60,756 nt of DNA from a virus (Duplodnaviria; Caudoviricetes). Shown here one piece after another: positions 27,710 to 38,220 of the stretch; position 1 is the first letter of the stretch; each line of letters opens with the position of its first letter. The notes beneath the pieces were generated by a model. That model searched no databases. It was not told the DNA's origin and saw nothing but the letters and a program-made list of their open reading frames with translations. Where the stretch lies: positions 1-60,756 of the IMG/VR virus record IMGVR_UViG_3300031977_001837; one strand, written 5' to 3'. The position numbers and the translations under genes are program-made.

Positions 27710-27996
27710 GCAGAGTGAGAAAGCCCACAAAACCGAGCGCAAGGAAAAGACGCTATTCTCATTGGGTCGAAAGAGTTGTCGAGTATCTGAAAGAAACAGG
27801 AGAAGAGAGAACTGTGAGGTGGCTGTTGGAAAACTTACCGTATGATAGATATTCTCCCACAAGCGCAACAAGTGGTGCGCAAAAATTAACAAGAGAGCCG
27901 AGAATAGGCTCTGTTATGGGGGTTTCAAGCGACTTACATGGGTATGATTACCCAATAAAATTGTATTTTTACATAGGTGATTGTGATGAAGAGTAA
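27706..27996 (+). CDS. Hypothetical (wHTH-like) protein
   Basis: GGTGA RBS, coupled junction. Confidence 0.55.
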   Translation: MSRVRKPTKPSARKRRYSHWVERVVEYLKETGEERTVRWLLENLPYDRYSPTSATSGAQKLTREPRIGSVMGVSSDLHGYDYPIKLYFYIGDCDEE

Positions 27997-28612
27997 ATGG
28001 TTAATCGAACAGAGGCTTGCGCAAGAAGAAGATGCTACGGCTATCGAAGTTTTGAAGTGGATTTTAGAATCCCCCGAATGTCCTCTGTGCGCACATAGAG
28101 ATAGAAGAGATTTAGAAATACAAGTTTTCAACGGCGGAATCACTACTGCTTATCTTGAATCTAAATACAATTGGGAGATAGGAATAGTTGAAGAACACAT
28201 GACTGCGCACATGGACTATGACCCAGAAGAGGCGCAAGATGTCGAAAAGGCTCGCAGTGAAGCGATTACTACTCTTGATATGGCGGAAGATGTATTCTCC
28301 CGTATCACGACATGGCTTGATGAATGGGAAGCGCAGAAATCTAAAGACGGTATTGACGCAGAATGGCTATCCACTGCTACCCGTCTTGTTGCTCAAGCGA
28401 ATACCAACATTAAGTTGATTGGCACATTGAAGAAAGAAATCGGTGTTGATTCGCAGATGCTACTTGCGCATCAGCAGGTCAACGGTGTGATGGGTATTCT
28501 TGTTGATGTGTTGCGCACTGAACCGAAGTTGTTGAACCAAATTGAAATGCGTATAGGCGCACTGAAAGCCCCGACAATTATTGAAGATGCAGAATGGGAG
28601 TTGGTTGACTAA
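27986..28612 (+). CDS. Zinc-finger/HTH plus coiled-coil protein
   Basis: CPLCAH...HMTAH followed by a helical region. Confidence 0.65.
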   Translation: MKSKWLIEQRLAQEEDATAIEVLKWILESPECPLCAHRDRRDLEIQVFNGGITTAYLESKYNWEIGIVEEHMTAHMDYDPEEAQDVEKARSEAITTLDMAEDVFSRITTWLDEWEAQKSKDGIDAEWLSTATRLVAQANTNIKLIGTLKKEIGVDSQMLLAHQQVNGVMGILVDVLRTEPKLLNQIEMRIGALKAPTIIEDAEWELVD

Positions 28613-28782
28613 TGGGCGTTTCATACAACGGTGGTCGAGATAACTTAGGTTATTCTGTTCGCAGAACTGCTAAAAGAACATGTAACAGTTGCGGTTTTAC
28701 TACTGTTGCCCGATATAATACGCATCACAAATATGTTGATGGTAAAAAGAAATATTGCGGATATATGAGGTTGGTCGAATGA
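28612..28782 (+). CDS. Small zinc-finger protein (56 aa; below the ORF-track cutoff)
   Basis: TAATG-coupled start; CNSC...H...YCG. Confidence 0.55.
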   Translation: MGVSYNGGRDNLGYSVRRTAKRTCNSCGFTTVARYNTHHKYVDGKKKYCGYMRLVE

Positions 28783-29066
28783 GCGCAGGCGAACCTATCC
28801 AATGGCGTGCGCATTTCAATCAAATGATTAGCAGACCAATTCCCGAATCGGAGTTTCCCAGAATCGTTGAGCGCATGTTTAACGATGGTCTAATTGCTAT
28901 TCTTACCAAAGACGGGTTGCGTTGGTTCAGTGGCAGATACCGTGTTAGTGCAACGGTGGTTCGTGAAATGTGGCATCTAAGTGAGCATCAATTTAAGCGT
29001 TTCAGCCGGTGGGTTTATATGAACGACTCATTTATGGATTTATGCGAGAGGGAAGAAGATGAGTAA
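28779..29066 (+). CDS. Hypothetical protein
   Basis: Coupled ATGA start. Confidence 0.6.
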   Translation: MSAGEPIQWRAHFNQMISRPIPESEFPRIVERMFNDGLIAILTKDGLRWFSGRYRVSATVVREMWHLSEHQFKRFSRWVYMNDSFMDLCEREEDE

Positions 29067-29274
29067 AGGACTTGTTTGCGTTGTTGATTTCACAAGCATT
29101 GTAGTTTGTGATGATGACTGGTCGCCTAATCATATTGAGCATGTTGGTATCAATACAGTAATTAGTAAAATTAAAACTATTTCAGATGACCCTAAAGCAA
29201 AGGGTTATTTGAGAGTCGAAACTTCTGACGATAGACATTTGATGGTTAACGCAGGCGATTGGGGGCCGAAGTAA
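29059..29274 (+). CDS. Hypothetical protein
   Basis: Overlapping ORF in the operon. Confidence 0.55.
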   Translation: MSKGLVCVVDFTSIVVCDDDWSPNHIEHVGINTVISKIKTISDDPKAKGYLRVETSDDRHLMVNAGDWGPK

Positions 29275-29371
29275 TGGAGTGCAAGAAGTGCAAGCGTCCA
29301 ACCATGAATGACGATAACATAGAAGGAATGTGCGTTGATTGTTATTATGATGAAAAGCATGGGGTGGTATT

Positions 29372-29638
29372 ATGAGTGGAAAATCATACAGGAAATTCGC
29401 AGTGGAGAGAGCAGTGCAAGATTGGGATGATAGTATTGATTGGTTCAGCGCAGATGCGCTTTTACCCAGAGCAATACAAGCGTTGCCTCAAAACCACTGT
29501 CACATCAGCGTGTTCGCAGTCGGAAAAGCACTTACTATTCTTGAACTGAAAGGCGCATTAGAATCCCGAAAGGTGAACGGCACTAAACAATACAGAAGAT
29601 TGGGTGAATGGGATGGGCGTAGTCATTTTCACGCATGA
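29372..29638 (+). CDS. wHTH-like DNA-binding protein
   Basis: VGKALTILELKGALESRK...QYR wHTH-like pattern. Confidence 0.55.
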   Translation: MSGKSYRKFAVERAVQDWDDSIDWFSADALLPRAIQALPQNHCHISVFAVGKALTILELKGALESRKVNGTKQYRRLGEWDGRSHFHA

Positions 29639-30257
29639 TGCGCAAAAATACAGAGTCGGCAATTACATCGAAGGCAATGAGATTACAGCAGACCCTCGAT
29701 GCGAAGGACTGACTGTTATTGTTCACGACAGAAAACCCAAAGCCAAAACTTATCTTGATTGGCTACCTTATGTTGCGCATAGATTAGTGGTTGTTTGCGA
29801 AACCCCACCAAAGGTCAAAAATGAATCAGTGATTTTCGATGGTAAATTTTCCAAAGATGATTACATCAGAGACATAGATGCTACTATGCGTTGGAATGAC
29901 AGAGCAAAAACTCTTGATAGATGCGCAAGAATACCAATCCCGTTGATGTTGTCTTTTCTGCGGGCAAACAACAAAGACATACGCCTTTGGAGAAATCTTG
30001 CTCACGGATTTACTCATGTTCCAGAATCTTTTCAGAGTGCGCTTATCAACTTCGGACACAAGCCGGTGCGCAGAATGAACTACCCGAAGAAAAAGAAAAG
30101 CGCAGAAGAATTGCCCAACGGTATAAGATTGAGCGATATTCACTGGCAGTCAATCATAAAATGCGATACCAAAAGCGCAAACTCACTACGCAACACGAAT
30201 AAGGAACTGCTACCGAATGGTATGAAGAAAACACAGCAAGGTGATGGTTGGTTATGA
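29613..30257 (+). CDS. Hypothetical protein (possible clamp-loader large/accessory subunit)
   Basis: Located in the replication operon; basic C-terminus ending QQGDGWL. Function is inference. Confidence 0.4.
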   Translation: MGVVIFTHDAQKYRVGNYIEGNEITADPRCEGLTVIVHDRKPKAKTYLDWLPYVAHRLVVVCETPPKVKNESVIFDGKFSKDDYIRDIDATMRWNDRAKTLDRCARIPIPLMLSFLRANNKDIRLWRNLAHGFTHVPESFQSALINFGHKPVRRMNYPKKKKSAEELPNGIRLSDIHWQSIIKCDTKSANSLRNTNKELLPNGMKKTQQGDGWL

Positions 30258-30439
30258 ATTACGGAACTCTTTTTGGATTATCAGTTGTGTTTTACATTTT
30301 TTGCTATCTTTTATACGCATACTTTGCGCCAATTTACTATACGCAAAAGGCTCTTAGCGAAGGAATAGTTAGTCACGACAACATAAGTGCAGAAGGTATG
30401 ACAAATGCCTCGATGTATATGTCGTTGGGCGATGATTAA
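30254..30439 (+). CDS. Small membrane protein
   Basis: N-terminal hydrophobic helix. Confidence 0.55.
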   Translation: MNYGTLFGLSVVFYIFCYLLYAYFAPIYYTQKALSEGIVSHDNISAEGMTNASMYMSLGDD

Positions 30440-30466
30440 TATACCTTTTCTAACAGGACATACACC

Positions 30467-30865
30467 GTGACAAAGAATAATGCTAAGTTGCGCAGAACAA
30501 TAGTGCGCATCTTATTCAACAACGGTGAACTAAGTCGTTTTCAAGTCGCAGAAAAACTACACGAACAAGGTCTTTTCAGAGAGGTTCCGAGCGAATCCAG
30601 TCTTTCTGCTCTCATAAGCAAAAATGCGCAAATAGTAAGCGTGGGTTACACAAAGATAGAATTGAGTAACGGAACAACCGTTAGAAACATGCTGTTTGAT
30701 GTTGACAGGAACTTAATACGGACAGAAGAAGATATTCAGTTGACGATGCCATTCTCAAGTATGAGTAATTCTCTGAAGGAAAAGTGCGAAAGATGCCCTA
30801 AGTGCAAACAGATGAGGTATATGCCGGACATGGATGAGTGTTTGGTGTGCATTAGAAAAGGATAG
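30467..30865 (+). CDS. wHTH plus zinc-ribbon protein
   Basis: Helical N-terminus and CPKC...CLVC. Confidence 0.6.
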   Translation: MTKNNAKLRRTIVRILFNNGELSRFQVAEKLHEQGLFREVPSESSLSALISKNAQIVSVGYTKIELSNGTTVRNMLFDVDRNLIRTEEDIQLTMPFSSMSNSLKEKCERCPKCKQMRYMPDMDECLVCIRKG

Positions 30866-30897
30866 GGTTTATTAGAGTATAACCTTTCGTTTGATAC

Positions 30898-31119
30898 ATG
30901 GGAGAAAGATACCTTCACAAATCCAACAAAGATACTGGTTTGGATAAAGCCTCTTTTTATGACTGCGGAGAACCTATTCCGCCTAACCAAAAGATGCTTA
31001 CTAATGAACAGGCTATGGCTTTGAAAACTTGTCCTAAGTGCTTTGCTGAGAATGAAGTTACGCACTTAATATCGCAGAATGGTGCGTCGAAGAAAATAGG
31101 TTCAAAGGGGTGGCTGTGA
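30898..31119 (+). CDS. Small zinc-finger protein
   Basis: H...C...CPKC; ATG about 30 nt after a TATA-like box. Confidence 0.6.
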   Translation: MGERYLHKSNKDTGLDKASFYDCGEPIPPNQKMLTNEQAMALKTCPKCFAENEVTHLISQNGASKKIGSKGWL

Positions 31120-31733
31120 TGTTGATTATCGGAATTGCAGGGAGAATGAGAACGGGTAAGACAACTCTTGCGCTTGAATTGCGAAGAAAAATAAAGAAAG
31201 TTTCTGGTGGTAAAAAGGTAGTCGCCATTGACTCTTTCGCAGAACAACTAAGGGTCGAAGTGTCTAAAGCACTTTGGCCTAAACTTGGAGATTCTTCTTC
31301 AAGATTTTTACTTTTTGAAAAAGAATCTAATGACAAAGAAAGTATTAGACCCTTGTTACAGGCTCTCGGTCAAGCGAAGCGAGATATAATTTCAGTTGAT
31401 TATTGGGTTGATGCTCTTGAGAAGAATTATTCTAATAAGGGTGCGCATGTTCTTATTGTTGATGATGTGCGTCATCAGAATGAAGCAGACTGGATTCTAA
31501 GAAGTGGTGGTATCTTGATTAGACTTAGTGCAAACGAACAGACTCTAAAGGAAAGGGGCGCAAAAGAAGATAGACTTGCGCACTATTCTGAAAACGCAAT
31601 GAAGCAATCTTCTGACGAAGAATTAGCAAAACCACACAGAGTATTAACTCTCGATACTGGCGGGTTATCCCCGTTGGGTATGATAAAGGCGTTATGGCCT
31701 TTTGTTGAAGAAATGATAGGTGATGAACAATGA
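31119..31733 (+). CDS. Deoxynucleoside monophosphate kinase
   Basis: IIGIAGRMRTGKTT, SFAEQLR, RPLLQALG, DYWV, VDDVRHQNE and HYSE. Confidence 0.85.
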   Translation: MLIIGIAGRMRTGKTTLALELRRKIKKVSGGKKVVAIDSFAEQLRVEVSKALWPKLGDSSSRFLLFEKESNDKESIRPLLQALGQAKRDIISVDYWVDALEKNYSNKGAHVLIVDDVRHQNEADWILRSGGILIRLSANEQTLKERGAKEDRLAHYSENAMKQSSDEELAKPHRVLTLDTGGLSPLGMIKALWPFVEEMIGDEQ

Positions 31734-32002
31734 AATACACAGGATGGAATATAACTACATTTGATGAAGAAGGTAAAGAGCATATCATAACAGATGTGCC
31801 TAAGTTTGTAGCCGAAGCGGTTGATGAATACTTACAGGAACTTGAAGAAGATTGGATTGAGGATAGAATCGAAGAAATACACAATGAAATCAGATACTAT
31901 CGAGAAGTGGAAGCCGTAGCAAGTCTAAGTAAAGCGCAGTTGTTGGATTGGTTGGCGTTAGAGGATGAATTAAACAAATTAGAGGGCGGTGAGGAAGAAT
32001 GA
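31730..32002 (+). CDS. Hypothetical acidic protein
   Basis: GGTGA RBS, coupled junction. Confidence 0.6.
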   Translation: MKYTGWNITTFDEEGKEHIITDVPKFVAEAVDEYLQELEEDWIEDRIEEIHNEIRYYREVEAVASLSKAQLLDWLALEDELNKLEGGEEE

Positions 32003-32144
32003 CATTTAAGATTGAAGGTTCGTTTGACGGCGAGACATGGAAACTGTTTGCTTACAAAGGAAATGAGATTGAAGCGAGAGAAGTTGCGCAAAACGCATTT
32101 AGAAAGACAAAGTATTTTCAAATCAGAATCGTGGAGATGAAAGA

Positions 32145-32417
32145 ATGAGTGACACGGAAGAAATAGCAAGATGGTGTGGTTACAATACCGCATGGGATAT
32201 GCTTGTATCTCACAAGACGACAGAAGAGTTGTTAGATTTGCTCAAAGACCTTTTGGCAGAAGATACTGATGGTTGGTTCCTTGAAGAAATACAGGAGATT
32301 GCGCATGATGTTTTTGATTGGAATGACCCAGAACAAGCAAGGGCAGACGCAGAGGAAGCGCAATATCAAGCATACCGTGATATGGATGCTGACAATGATG
32401 ATATGGTGGGATGCTGA
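32145..32417 (+). CDS. Hypothetical acidic protein
   Basis: GGAG RBS. Confidence 0.6.
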   Translation: MSDTEEIARWCGYNTAWDMLVSHKTTEELLDLLKDLLAEDTDGWFLEEIQEIAHDVFDWNDPEQARADAEEAQYQAYRDMDADNDDMVGC

Positions 32418-32584
32418 TTGCGCAGAATCATAAGATACATTTTGAAAAAGATGGGGCTACCTATTTGCGAAATGTGTCAAGATGCTCTTGCGACAGAACC
32501 CAAAGATGTTTGTAAAGGATGCGCAGACGAATTACTGGATATTGAAATGCAATACTATCACAGAAATGAAATGGAGAGGATGGC

Positions 32585-32767
32585 ATGAGTGATACGAAAG
32601 AGAAAGTAATGAATTGGATTAAACATGAGTGTTTGAATCACTACGGATGGCGTGAAGATTATGCGCTTGAGGTATTGGTTGGAATTATTGCAGGTGCAAT
32701 TGATGGTAATGATGAGCCATACGGCTATGCTTCGTGGGATGAGATTATGGCGGAGGTGACGGCATGA
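32585..32767 (+). CDS. Hypothetical protein
   Basis: GAGG RBS, coupled to the RFC gene. Confidence 0.55.
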   Translation: MSDTKEKVMNWIKHECLNHYGWREDYALEVLVGIIAGAIDGNDEPYGYASWDEIMAEVTA

Positions 32768-33651
32768 ACATATGGTGGGAAAAACACAGACCTTCTTCTC
32801 TGAATGATTTTGTCGGTCAAGAACATTTGCGCAAAGAAATGTCCGAAATAATATCGGGCGCACCTATGCAACATTTTGTTTTCTATTCACCAGAAGCGGG
32901 AACTGGCAAAACAACTCTTGCTCACATTCTTGCGCAGGGATTAGGTTACACTATCCACACATTCAATGCTTCGTCGAAGAGAACGAGAGGGATTGAGTTC
33001 ATCGAAGAAGAAATTGTTTTCCTTGCGAACAGTGGCTACGGTGAAACGATAATACTACTGGATGAAGCAGACCAACTAACCTTGCCTGCGCAGAGCGCAC
33101 TGAAAGGAGTCATAGAAAACTCCAATGCTTACTTCATATTAACATGCAACGACTTGAGCAAAATAAGCGGGTGGCTTCAATCCCGTTGTCAAGTGCGCAC
33201 TTTCAAAAGGCACAGTCACGAAACTATGGTTGCGAGATTAGAGCAAATAGCAGACCTTGAGGGTTATGTTTGTGATGAAGAGATTGAGTTTATCGCTCAT
33301 TATCATGACGGTGATTTGCGCAATGCAATCGGCGCACTTCAAACAGTCTGTCATTTATCAACCGAAGATGCGTGGAATTTCCTCAACTCTTTAGGAACGG
33401 GTTTTGACGAAAGAAAATATTTGAGATTGGCTTCGACTGAAAAGGAAGTCGAGCAAGCCGTGAAACTTACTGGCGACATGAATATGCGTAGCGTAATCCG
33501 CAAAGTTTTCAACTACGCAATATCCAGTGGCGCAGACCCGAAGTTGATTTACAAAGTGGTCGAAAGCGCAGTTATTTCTGAAAGAGATTTGGTGAACGGC
33601 GTGGATGAAAGCATAGTTAGGTGGGACTTCGCAAGAATGCTTTCTGCATAG
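32764..33651 (+). CDS. rfcS: Replication factor C small subunit (clamp loader)
   Basis: WWEKHRP, GTGKTT, NASS, LLDEAD, LQSRC and GDLRNAI RFC boxes. Confidence 0.92.
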   Translation: MNIWWEKHRPSSLNDFVGQEHLRKEMSEIISGAPMQHFVFYSPEAGTGKTTLAHILAQGLGYTIHTFNASSKRTRGIEFIEEEIVFLANSGYGETIILLDEADQLTLPAQSALKGVIENSNAYFILTCNDLSKISGWLQSRCQVRTFKRHSHETMVARLEQIADLEGYVCDEEIEFIAHYHDGDLRNAIGALQTVCHLSTEDAWNFLNSLGTGFDERKYLRLASTEKEVEQAVKLTGDMNMRSVIRKVFNYAISSGADPKLIYKVVESAVISERDLVNGVDESIVRWDFARMLSA

Positions 33652-33707
33652 CGAGGGGTTTATATGAACATCGAGTTTAGGGTAAAATAAGTCGGAGATG
33701 AAGAACG

Positions 33708-34940
33708 ATGGTTGACGCAAATATTATTGAAAGAGTAGCAAAGAATGTTGGATGCCCTGTTGACACACTGTTGGCAAAACACCAATCTGTCTTAGAGGCA
33801 AACCGTTCAAACTTAGAAAAGACTGGTCTTAGCGCAGAAGATATTGATATGAAGTGCTTGAGAATGGCTTCTGCTGAATTAAGAGTCATTAGCGCAAGAC
33901 TGCAAAGAAGCGGTTGTGAAAATATCGAAGGCATGTTCATTAGTGTTCCGAGAACAAAAGACATTGCTCAAGCGCAATACAAGAACATGAGTAATCAATT
34001 GATGAGTCTTAATGAAGAAGCAAGAAAGGCACTGGTTGCGCAAGGCGTATGTGTCCTGTTTGAGCATGACTCTATCAACGGTGGCTTTACTTATACACAC
34101 AATCCTTCTTTGGAAACTAAGAAGCCATTTGAAGTTGCTGTCGCAGAAAAGCACTTAGAACAACTACCAAAGGTTGCTAAAGAGTTAGATGACGGCACAT
34201 TCTTTGCGCTAATTGCTGACAAATCCGCACCTTCATGGCCGTCGGGTAGCCCTAATTACAGATACGGCAGATACAAGCCTCAGAGCGAGCCTATGAGAGA
34301 CTGTTTATTCTTAGGTCGCAGTGCTGACGATGCTACTATCAGACCTATTACTATCAAGTTCAACGGCGCAGATGCAAAGTTGATACACCCGACCTTTACC
34401 ACTGGCCGAATACCTGTAAAGATGGGCAAGAACGGTGATGTTGCTTATACTAAGAGTGGTGTTTCGGTATTCAGCGAGGACTCTTCTCTTGTGAGCCTAT
34501 TCGATGCGCCACCTATGGATGAAGACGGCAAGGGGTTACTGGCAGACCTAACAGATATTGCTTTGTTAACTGGACTTTCAGAGATTGAAACATGGCTCGG
34601 TTCTCTTGACGATAAAGCAAGGTGGAATGCGCTGTGCGCACTACCTCTTGAAGTTGCGCACATTGACCCCAGAGAAAACGGTGGCTTCGTCGTGACTTTA
34701 GCGGATTTGGATATTACTTCTCCTGTTCCTCCTATTGACTTGTGGGTTTCAAAAGAAGAGGCATTCAAGGTTGACTTCGCAGTTGGTTCAATTGTTTTGG
34801 CTTCCGGTGGCGCATGGATTGGTAAGGATGACGGGCTACCACGAATGAGCATCAGTGGTTGGTGGGTCATGGACTCTATCGAAGGCGCAGAAATTGTCGA
34901 AGAAGAAGTTGACGAAGAAGGCGCAGAAATGGGATGGTGA
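33708..34940 (+). CDS. Putative single-stranded DNA-binding (RPA-like) protein
   Basis: Replication context, beta-rich C-terminal half, acidic tail EEEVDEEGAEMGW. Confidence 0.5.
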   Translation: MVDANIIERVAKNVGCPVDTLLAKHQSVLEANRSNLEKTGLSAEDIDMKCLRMASAELRVISARLQRSGCENIEGMFISVPRTKDIAQAQYKNMSNQLMSLNEEARKALVAQGVCVLFEHDSINGGFTYTHNPSLETKKPFEVAVAEKHLEQLPKVAKELDDGTFFALIADKSAPSWPSGSPNYRYGRYKPQSEPMRDCLFLGRSADDATIRPITIKFNGADAKLIHPTFTTGRIPVKMGKNGDVAYTKSGVSVFSEDSSLVSLFDAPPMDEDGKGLLADLTDIALLTGLSEIETWLGSLDDKARWNALCALPLEVAHIDPRENGGFVVTLADLDITSPVPPIDLWVSKEEAFKVDFAVGSIVLASGGAWIGKDDGLPRMSISGWWVMDSIEGAEIVEEEVDEEGAEMGW

Positions 34941-34945
34941 AATAG

Positions 34946-35914
34946 ATGGCAAACGCATGGGCTAAAGCAAAGGGCGCAAACAAGTCTGTTCCGGCAGACG
35001 AACCTCCAATGCGTGACATGAGGGCGCATTACGCAGAGTTATTCAGTCGCCAACGAGAGCGCACACAAGCAATCCGCATGGCTATGGTCGGTAAGGAAAA
35101 TACCGCAAAGACTGGAACCGCAATCTCTCTCGCTTTACAGCACTTAGAGAAGGTAGGCAAGCAAGATTCTAATGTAGTGATTATTGATGTTGATAACAGC
35201 GCAGTCCAAACTGTGTCTGCTAACTATCCCGATAAGGAAAATATTCAAGTCATTCCTCTCTATGATGAATTGGATGACACAATCTTCAACGAAGATAATT
35301 CGACTAACTATACTGCGCTCGTTGACAAGATGGGTTATTTCATTAACATTATTGCGCAAAAATGCCGTGATGGTGAAATCGGCGCAGTGATTATGGATGG
35401 CATGTCAACATTCCTAAAGTGGTGTGAACATGCTATGACCGATGTTCTGATGAATCGCTCTAAGAATCCAGTCAATGTTGAAGACGGAGAGAAGTTTAAT
35501 CAAGCAGAATGGCGCATACGCAATCAATTGTTCAGAGACATTGCTAATCGTGCGCACCAACTACCTGTTGACGCAGTATTCTTTACATTCCATCTAAAGG
35601 ACAAGAAGCAGTTTGCTGATATTGGTAACGGTCAAAAGGGACTTATGAAGATTGGTGAAGAACCGGAATGGGAAAAAGGCACTATGCGCCTATTCTCTCA
35701 ACAACTTTGGATGAGCAGATACACTAAGAAGGGCGATTTAGCCAGTGGTGTGAAGGCCGACTCTGCGCTTGAAGAAGGCGCATGGGAAATCCGATGCTCA
35801 ATTGAAGAAATGAAGGGGTTCAATCAAGAATATCTCGGCACTACTCACACGGTATTGTCGGTGAAAGACGGTAAAGTTGTATGGAATGGCTTACCCTTCT
35901 TGACATGGGGTTGA
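34946..35914 (+). CDS. RecA-fold/AAA_24 (Sak4-like) ATPase, putative recombinase
   Basis: Walker A GKENTAKT, IIDVD, Walker B VIMDG and FTFH; adjacent to the SSB-like gene. Confidence 0.65.
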   Translation: MANAWAKAKGANKSVPADEPPMRDMRAHYAELFSRQRERTQAIRMAMVGKENTAKTGTAISLALQHLEKVGKQDSNVVIIDVDNSAVQTVSANYPDKENIQVIPLYDELDDTIFNEDNSTNYTALVDKMGYFINIIAQKCRDGEIGAVIMDGMSTFLKWCEHAMTDVLMNRSKNPVNVEDGEKFNQAEWRIRNQLFRDIANRAHQLPVDAVFFTFHLKDKKQFADIGNGQKGLMKIGEEPEWEKGTMRLFSQQLWMSRYTKKGDLASGVKADSALEEGAWEIRCSIEEMKGFNQEYLGTTHTVLSVKDGKVVWNGLPFLTWG

Positions 35915-35917
35915 GGC

Positions 35918-36142
35918 ATGACTTCTAAGGCCGTCAAGACGGTTAGAATACATGGCAGGTCTGAAAAGATACATTACGCTGTCGAATGCACGCCTTCGGG
36001 AGAGTTTTCATACATTCTTTGCCGAGGATTTCCTTCTGTTGGCAAGCATCAACGAGTTGAGGGAGAGCCTTCTTGCGCACAGTGCAAAAAGATTGCTCAA
36101 AAAATGTTCAGAAGAAATAATCAATTTTACCTCAAGCAATAG
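35918..36142 (+). CDS. Small zinc-finger protein
   Basis: IH...LC...CAQC. Confidence 0.55.
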   Translation: MTSKAVKTVRIHGRSEKIHYAVECTPSGEFSYILCRGFPSVGKHQRVEGEPSCAQCKKIAQKMFRRNNQFYLKQ

Positions 36143-36174
36143 GGTTTATAACTACATGGAGATAAGGGATTAAT

Positions 36175-37011
36175 ATGTGGGAGTTTATCACTATTGACAC
36201 AGCAGATTTGACAAATCTTCTAAAGAGAACACAGAGAATGGCTAACATTAACGGGAAGACTATCCCGCAAGTTGAAGGCACAATCTTGTATATTGAAAAC
36301 GACGAAGTGCGCACATTTGCCATAGTTAGAGATGGTGTGTCGAGCATATCTTCTTTTAGCGCAGACATAGAAACTACTATTGAAAAGGACTGGATTGCTG
36401 TCTCAAATATATCTTCGCTTTTGGGCGCACTTGCTCATCATAAAGCCAAACAGGTAAAGTTACAGTATAATGATAACAAATTAGTTTTGAAGTCGGCAGG
36501 CAAACAGACTACAATTTTGAGCAGTCCAGAAAACCCTGCTTTTGCGCACACTAAAAATACGCTTATGCAGTGGTCGCAAGATAGCAAAGAAAGATTCCTT
36601 CATTCAGTAGGGGCAGGCGCAAAATATACTTTGAGGAATGGTGAAGAAGTTGATGCTTGTTGCGAAGTCTTAGTCAATAGCGACGATTTGCGCAGTGCCA
36701 TTGAGAGTGGTTCGATGAACGGGCAGAAGATACAGGACTATACATTCTATGTTGAAGACGGAAGGTTTTGTGTTGAGATTGGCGCAGAGAGCAAAGGTAA
36801 AACAAAGACCGTCTTAGCAGAAGGGGTAGCAGAAACACTGGAACCATCTAAGATTGCCGGCGGTCTCGATAACATTTTGCGCACAGTGAAAAACGAAAGT
36901 GTTTCTCTGAAATTCTTTGACTTAACTCCTTATGGGGGCGGTATGTCTCTCATGCTTAGTTTCTATGGCGGTTGTGTATTCCAAAGGGAGTGTGCGAAGG
37001 TTGGCAATTGA
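36175..37011 (+). CDS. Putative DNA sliding clamp (PCNA-like)
   Basis: 278 aa, repeated beta-alpha-beta-beta-beta pattern, located between RFC and PolB. Confidence 0.55.
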   Translation: MWEFITIDTADLTNLLKRTQRMANINGKTIPQVEGTILYIENDEVRTFAIVRDGVSSISSFSADIETTIEKDWIAVSNISSLLGALAHHKAKQVKLQYNDNKLVLKSAGKQTTILSSPENPAFAHTKNTLMQWSQDSKERFLHSVGAGAKYTLRNGEEVDACCEVLVNSDDLRSAIESGSMNGQKIQDYTFYVEDGRFCVEIGAESKGKTKTVLAEGVAETLEPSKIAGGLDNILRTVKNESVSLKFFDLTPYGGGMSLMLSFYGGCVFQRECAKVGN

Positions 37012-37411
37012 TTTGATTCAGACTATGCTTGACAATCCGCAATTCTCTAAGTCTCTGCGTAGCAGAACATTTAGGAGAGACCCAGAATCACCAACTAAAG
37101 AGTTGTATGTGTCTCAAGAAGAAGTTGACGACATACTGCGCAAGATGAGCAATGTGATGTCTTTGAGCAAATTGAGCAGAAAAATCGGCATCATGGCCGT
37201 TGTTATGAGAATGGAAATAGGCGCATCTTTGAGCGCAGAACAGATAGCAGAAAGGGTAAATGAAATCATACTTCCACAGCAGAGTCTAAGTGCAACATCG
37301 GTTGGTTCGCTAATGAAACTTGTTTGTAGGTGGGGCTTTATTGAAAGGCGTTTCCATACATCAAGAACCGAAGGACTAAAGGGAAGATATGAATACATAA
37401 GGGTGAAATAA
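37001..37411 (+). CDS. wHTH-like protein
   Basis: LSAEQIAERV...SVGSLMK...WGFIERR...YEY. Confidence 0.55.
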   Translation: MAIDLIQTMLDNPQFSKSLRSRTFRRDPESPTKELYVSQEEVDDILRKMSNVMSLSKLSRKIGIMAVVMRMEIGASLSAEQIAERVNEIILPQQSLSATSVGSLMKLVCRWGFIERRFHTSRTEGLKGRYEYIRVK

Positions 37412-37412
37412 A

Positions 37413-37736
37413 ATGAATTACGGAATAACTTTTGATTGTAAAGAATGTGGCGCAGAATTGGTAACGGTAATCAAGATAAAGAATGGAATCGAAGCATCTT
37501 CAAAGGCTATATGCCTTGAGTGTGGCGAACCTCACCATATCTTGCTTGAAATTAGCCATCCTAAATCTTCCTCTCAAACATACAGAAAGGAATCATGGCT
37601 AAAAGACCAGTATGAAACCAATGGTCGAAGTATGGCAAGTATAGCAAAGGAATGCGCAGTTTCTCCGATGACTATTCACAAGTGGTTGAAAACTCACGGA
37701 ATAAAAACAAGACCGACAGGACAGCGCAAGAAGTGA
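37413..37736 (+). CDS. Zinc ribbon plus HTH protein
   Basis: CKEC/CLEC and YRKESWLKDQY...SMASIAKECAVSPMTIHKWLKTHGI HTH. Confidence 0.7.
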   Translation: MNYGITFDCKECGAELVTVIKIKNGIEASSKAICLECGEPHHILLEISHPKSSSQTYRKESWLKDQYETNGRSMASIAKECAVSPMTIHKWLKTHGIKTRPTGQRKK

Positions 37737-37740
37737 GAGC

Positions 37741-38220
37741 ATGGATAACAACATGCGCATAGAAGTGATAGAAGGTCATCCCCTTCTTGAAGCGGTTTGG
37801 GGCGGTAATTTACCAAAGGCTTCTCAAAAAGGCTACCCTTCTTTCTATGACGGGATGAAGTTTTGGGTTTTATTTATTGACGAAGAACCAGTTGGTTACA
37901 CAGGCTCATTAGAGATGGAATCAATTGTGTTTGTCGGAAATACATTCGTGCGCAAAGAGTGGCGCAGTAAAGGGTTGCATAGACACATTCTGAAAGTGCG
38001 CAATTCCTCGTTACCTAACAAAACTAAGATAACTATACTAAATCCTTTGAAGGGAACACAAATGAAAAATCTTGAAAGTGTGGTATCTTCTCTCGGATAT
38101 ACAAAGGTCGAGTCCTATGAAGATGTTGAAGACTGTATGCACCAAAGGATTTATGAGGACATAGAGAATCATAATATTTGGAGGCTTGACAGTGATAGTG
38201 GAGAGAACGAAGAAGAATGA
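37741..38220 (+). CDS. GNAT-family acetyltransferase
   Basis: EEPVGY and FVRKEWRSKGL acetyl-CoA-binding motif A. Confidence 0.65.
   Translation: MDNNMRIEVIEGHPLLEAVWGGNLPKASQKGYPSFYDGMKFWVLFIDEEPVGYTGSLEMESIVFVGNTFVRKEWRSKGLHRHILKVRNSSLPNKTKITILNPLKGTQMKNLESVVSSLGYTKVESYEDVEDCMHQRIYEDIENHNIWRLDSDSGENEEE

Noticed and set aside
37741-38220. GNAT, kinase and phosphoesterase as a base-modification pathway
   Set aside because: No recognisable modification enzymes (thymidylate synthase homologue, preQ0 pathway, PurZ, glycosyltransferase); kept only as a side note to the PolB finding.
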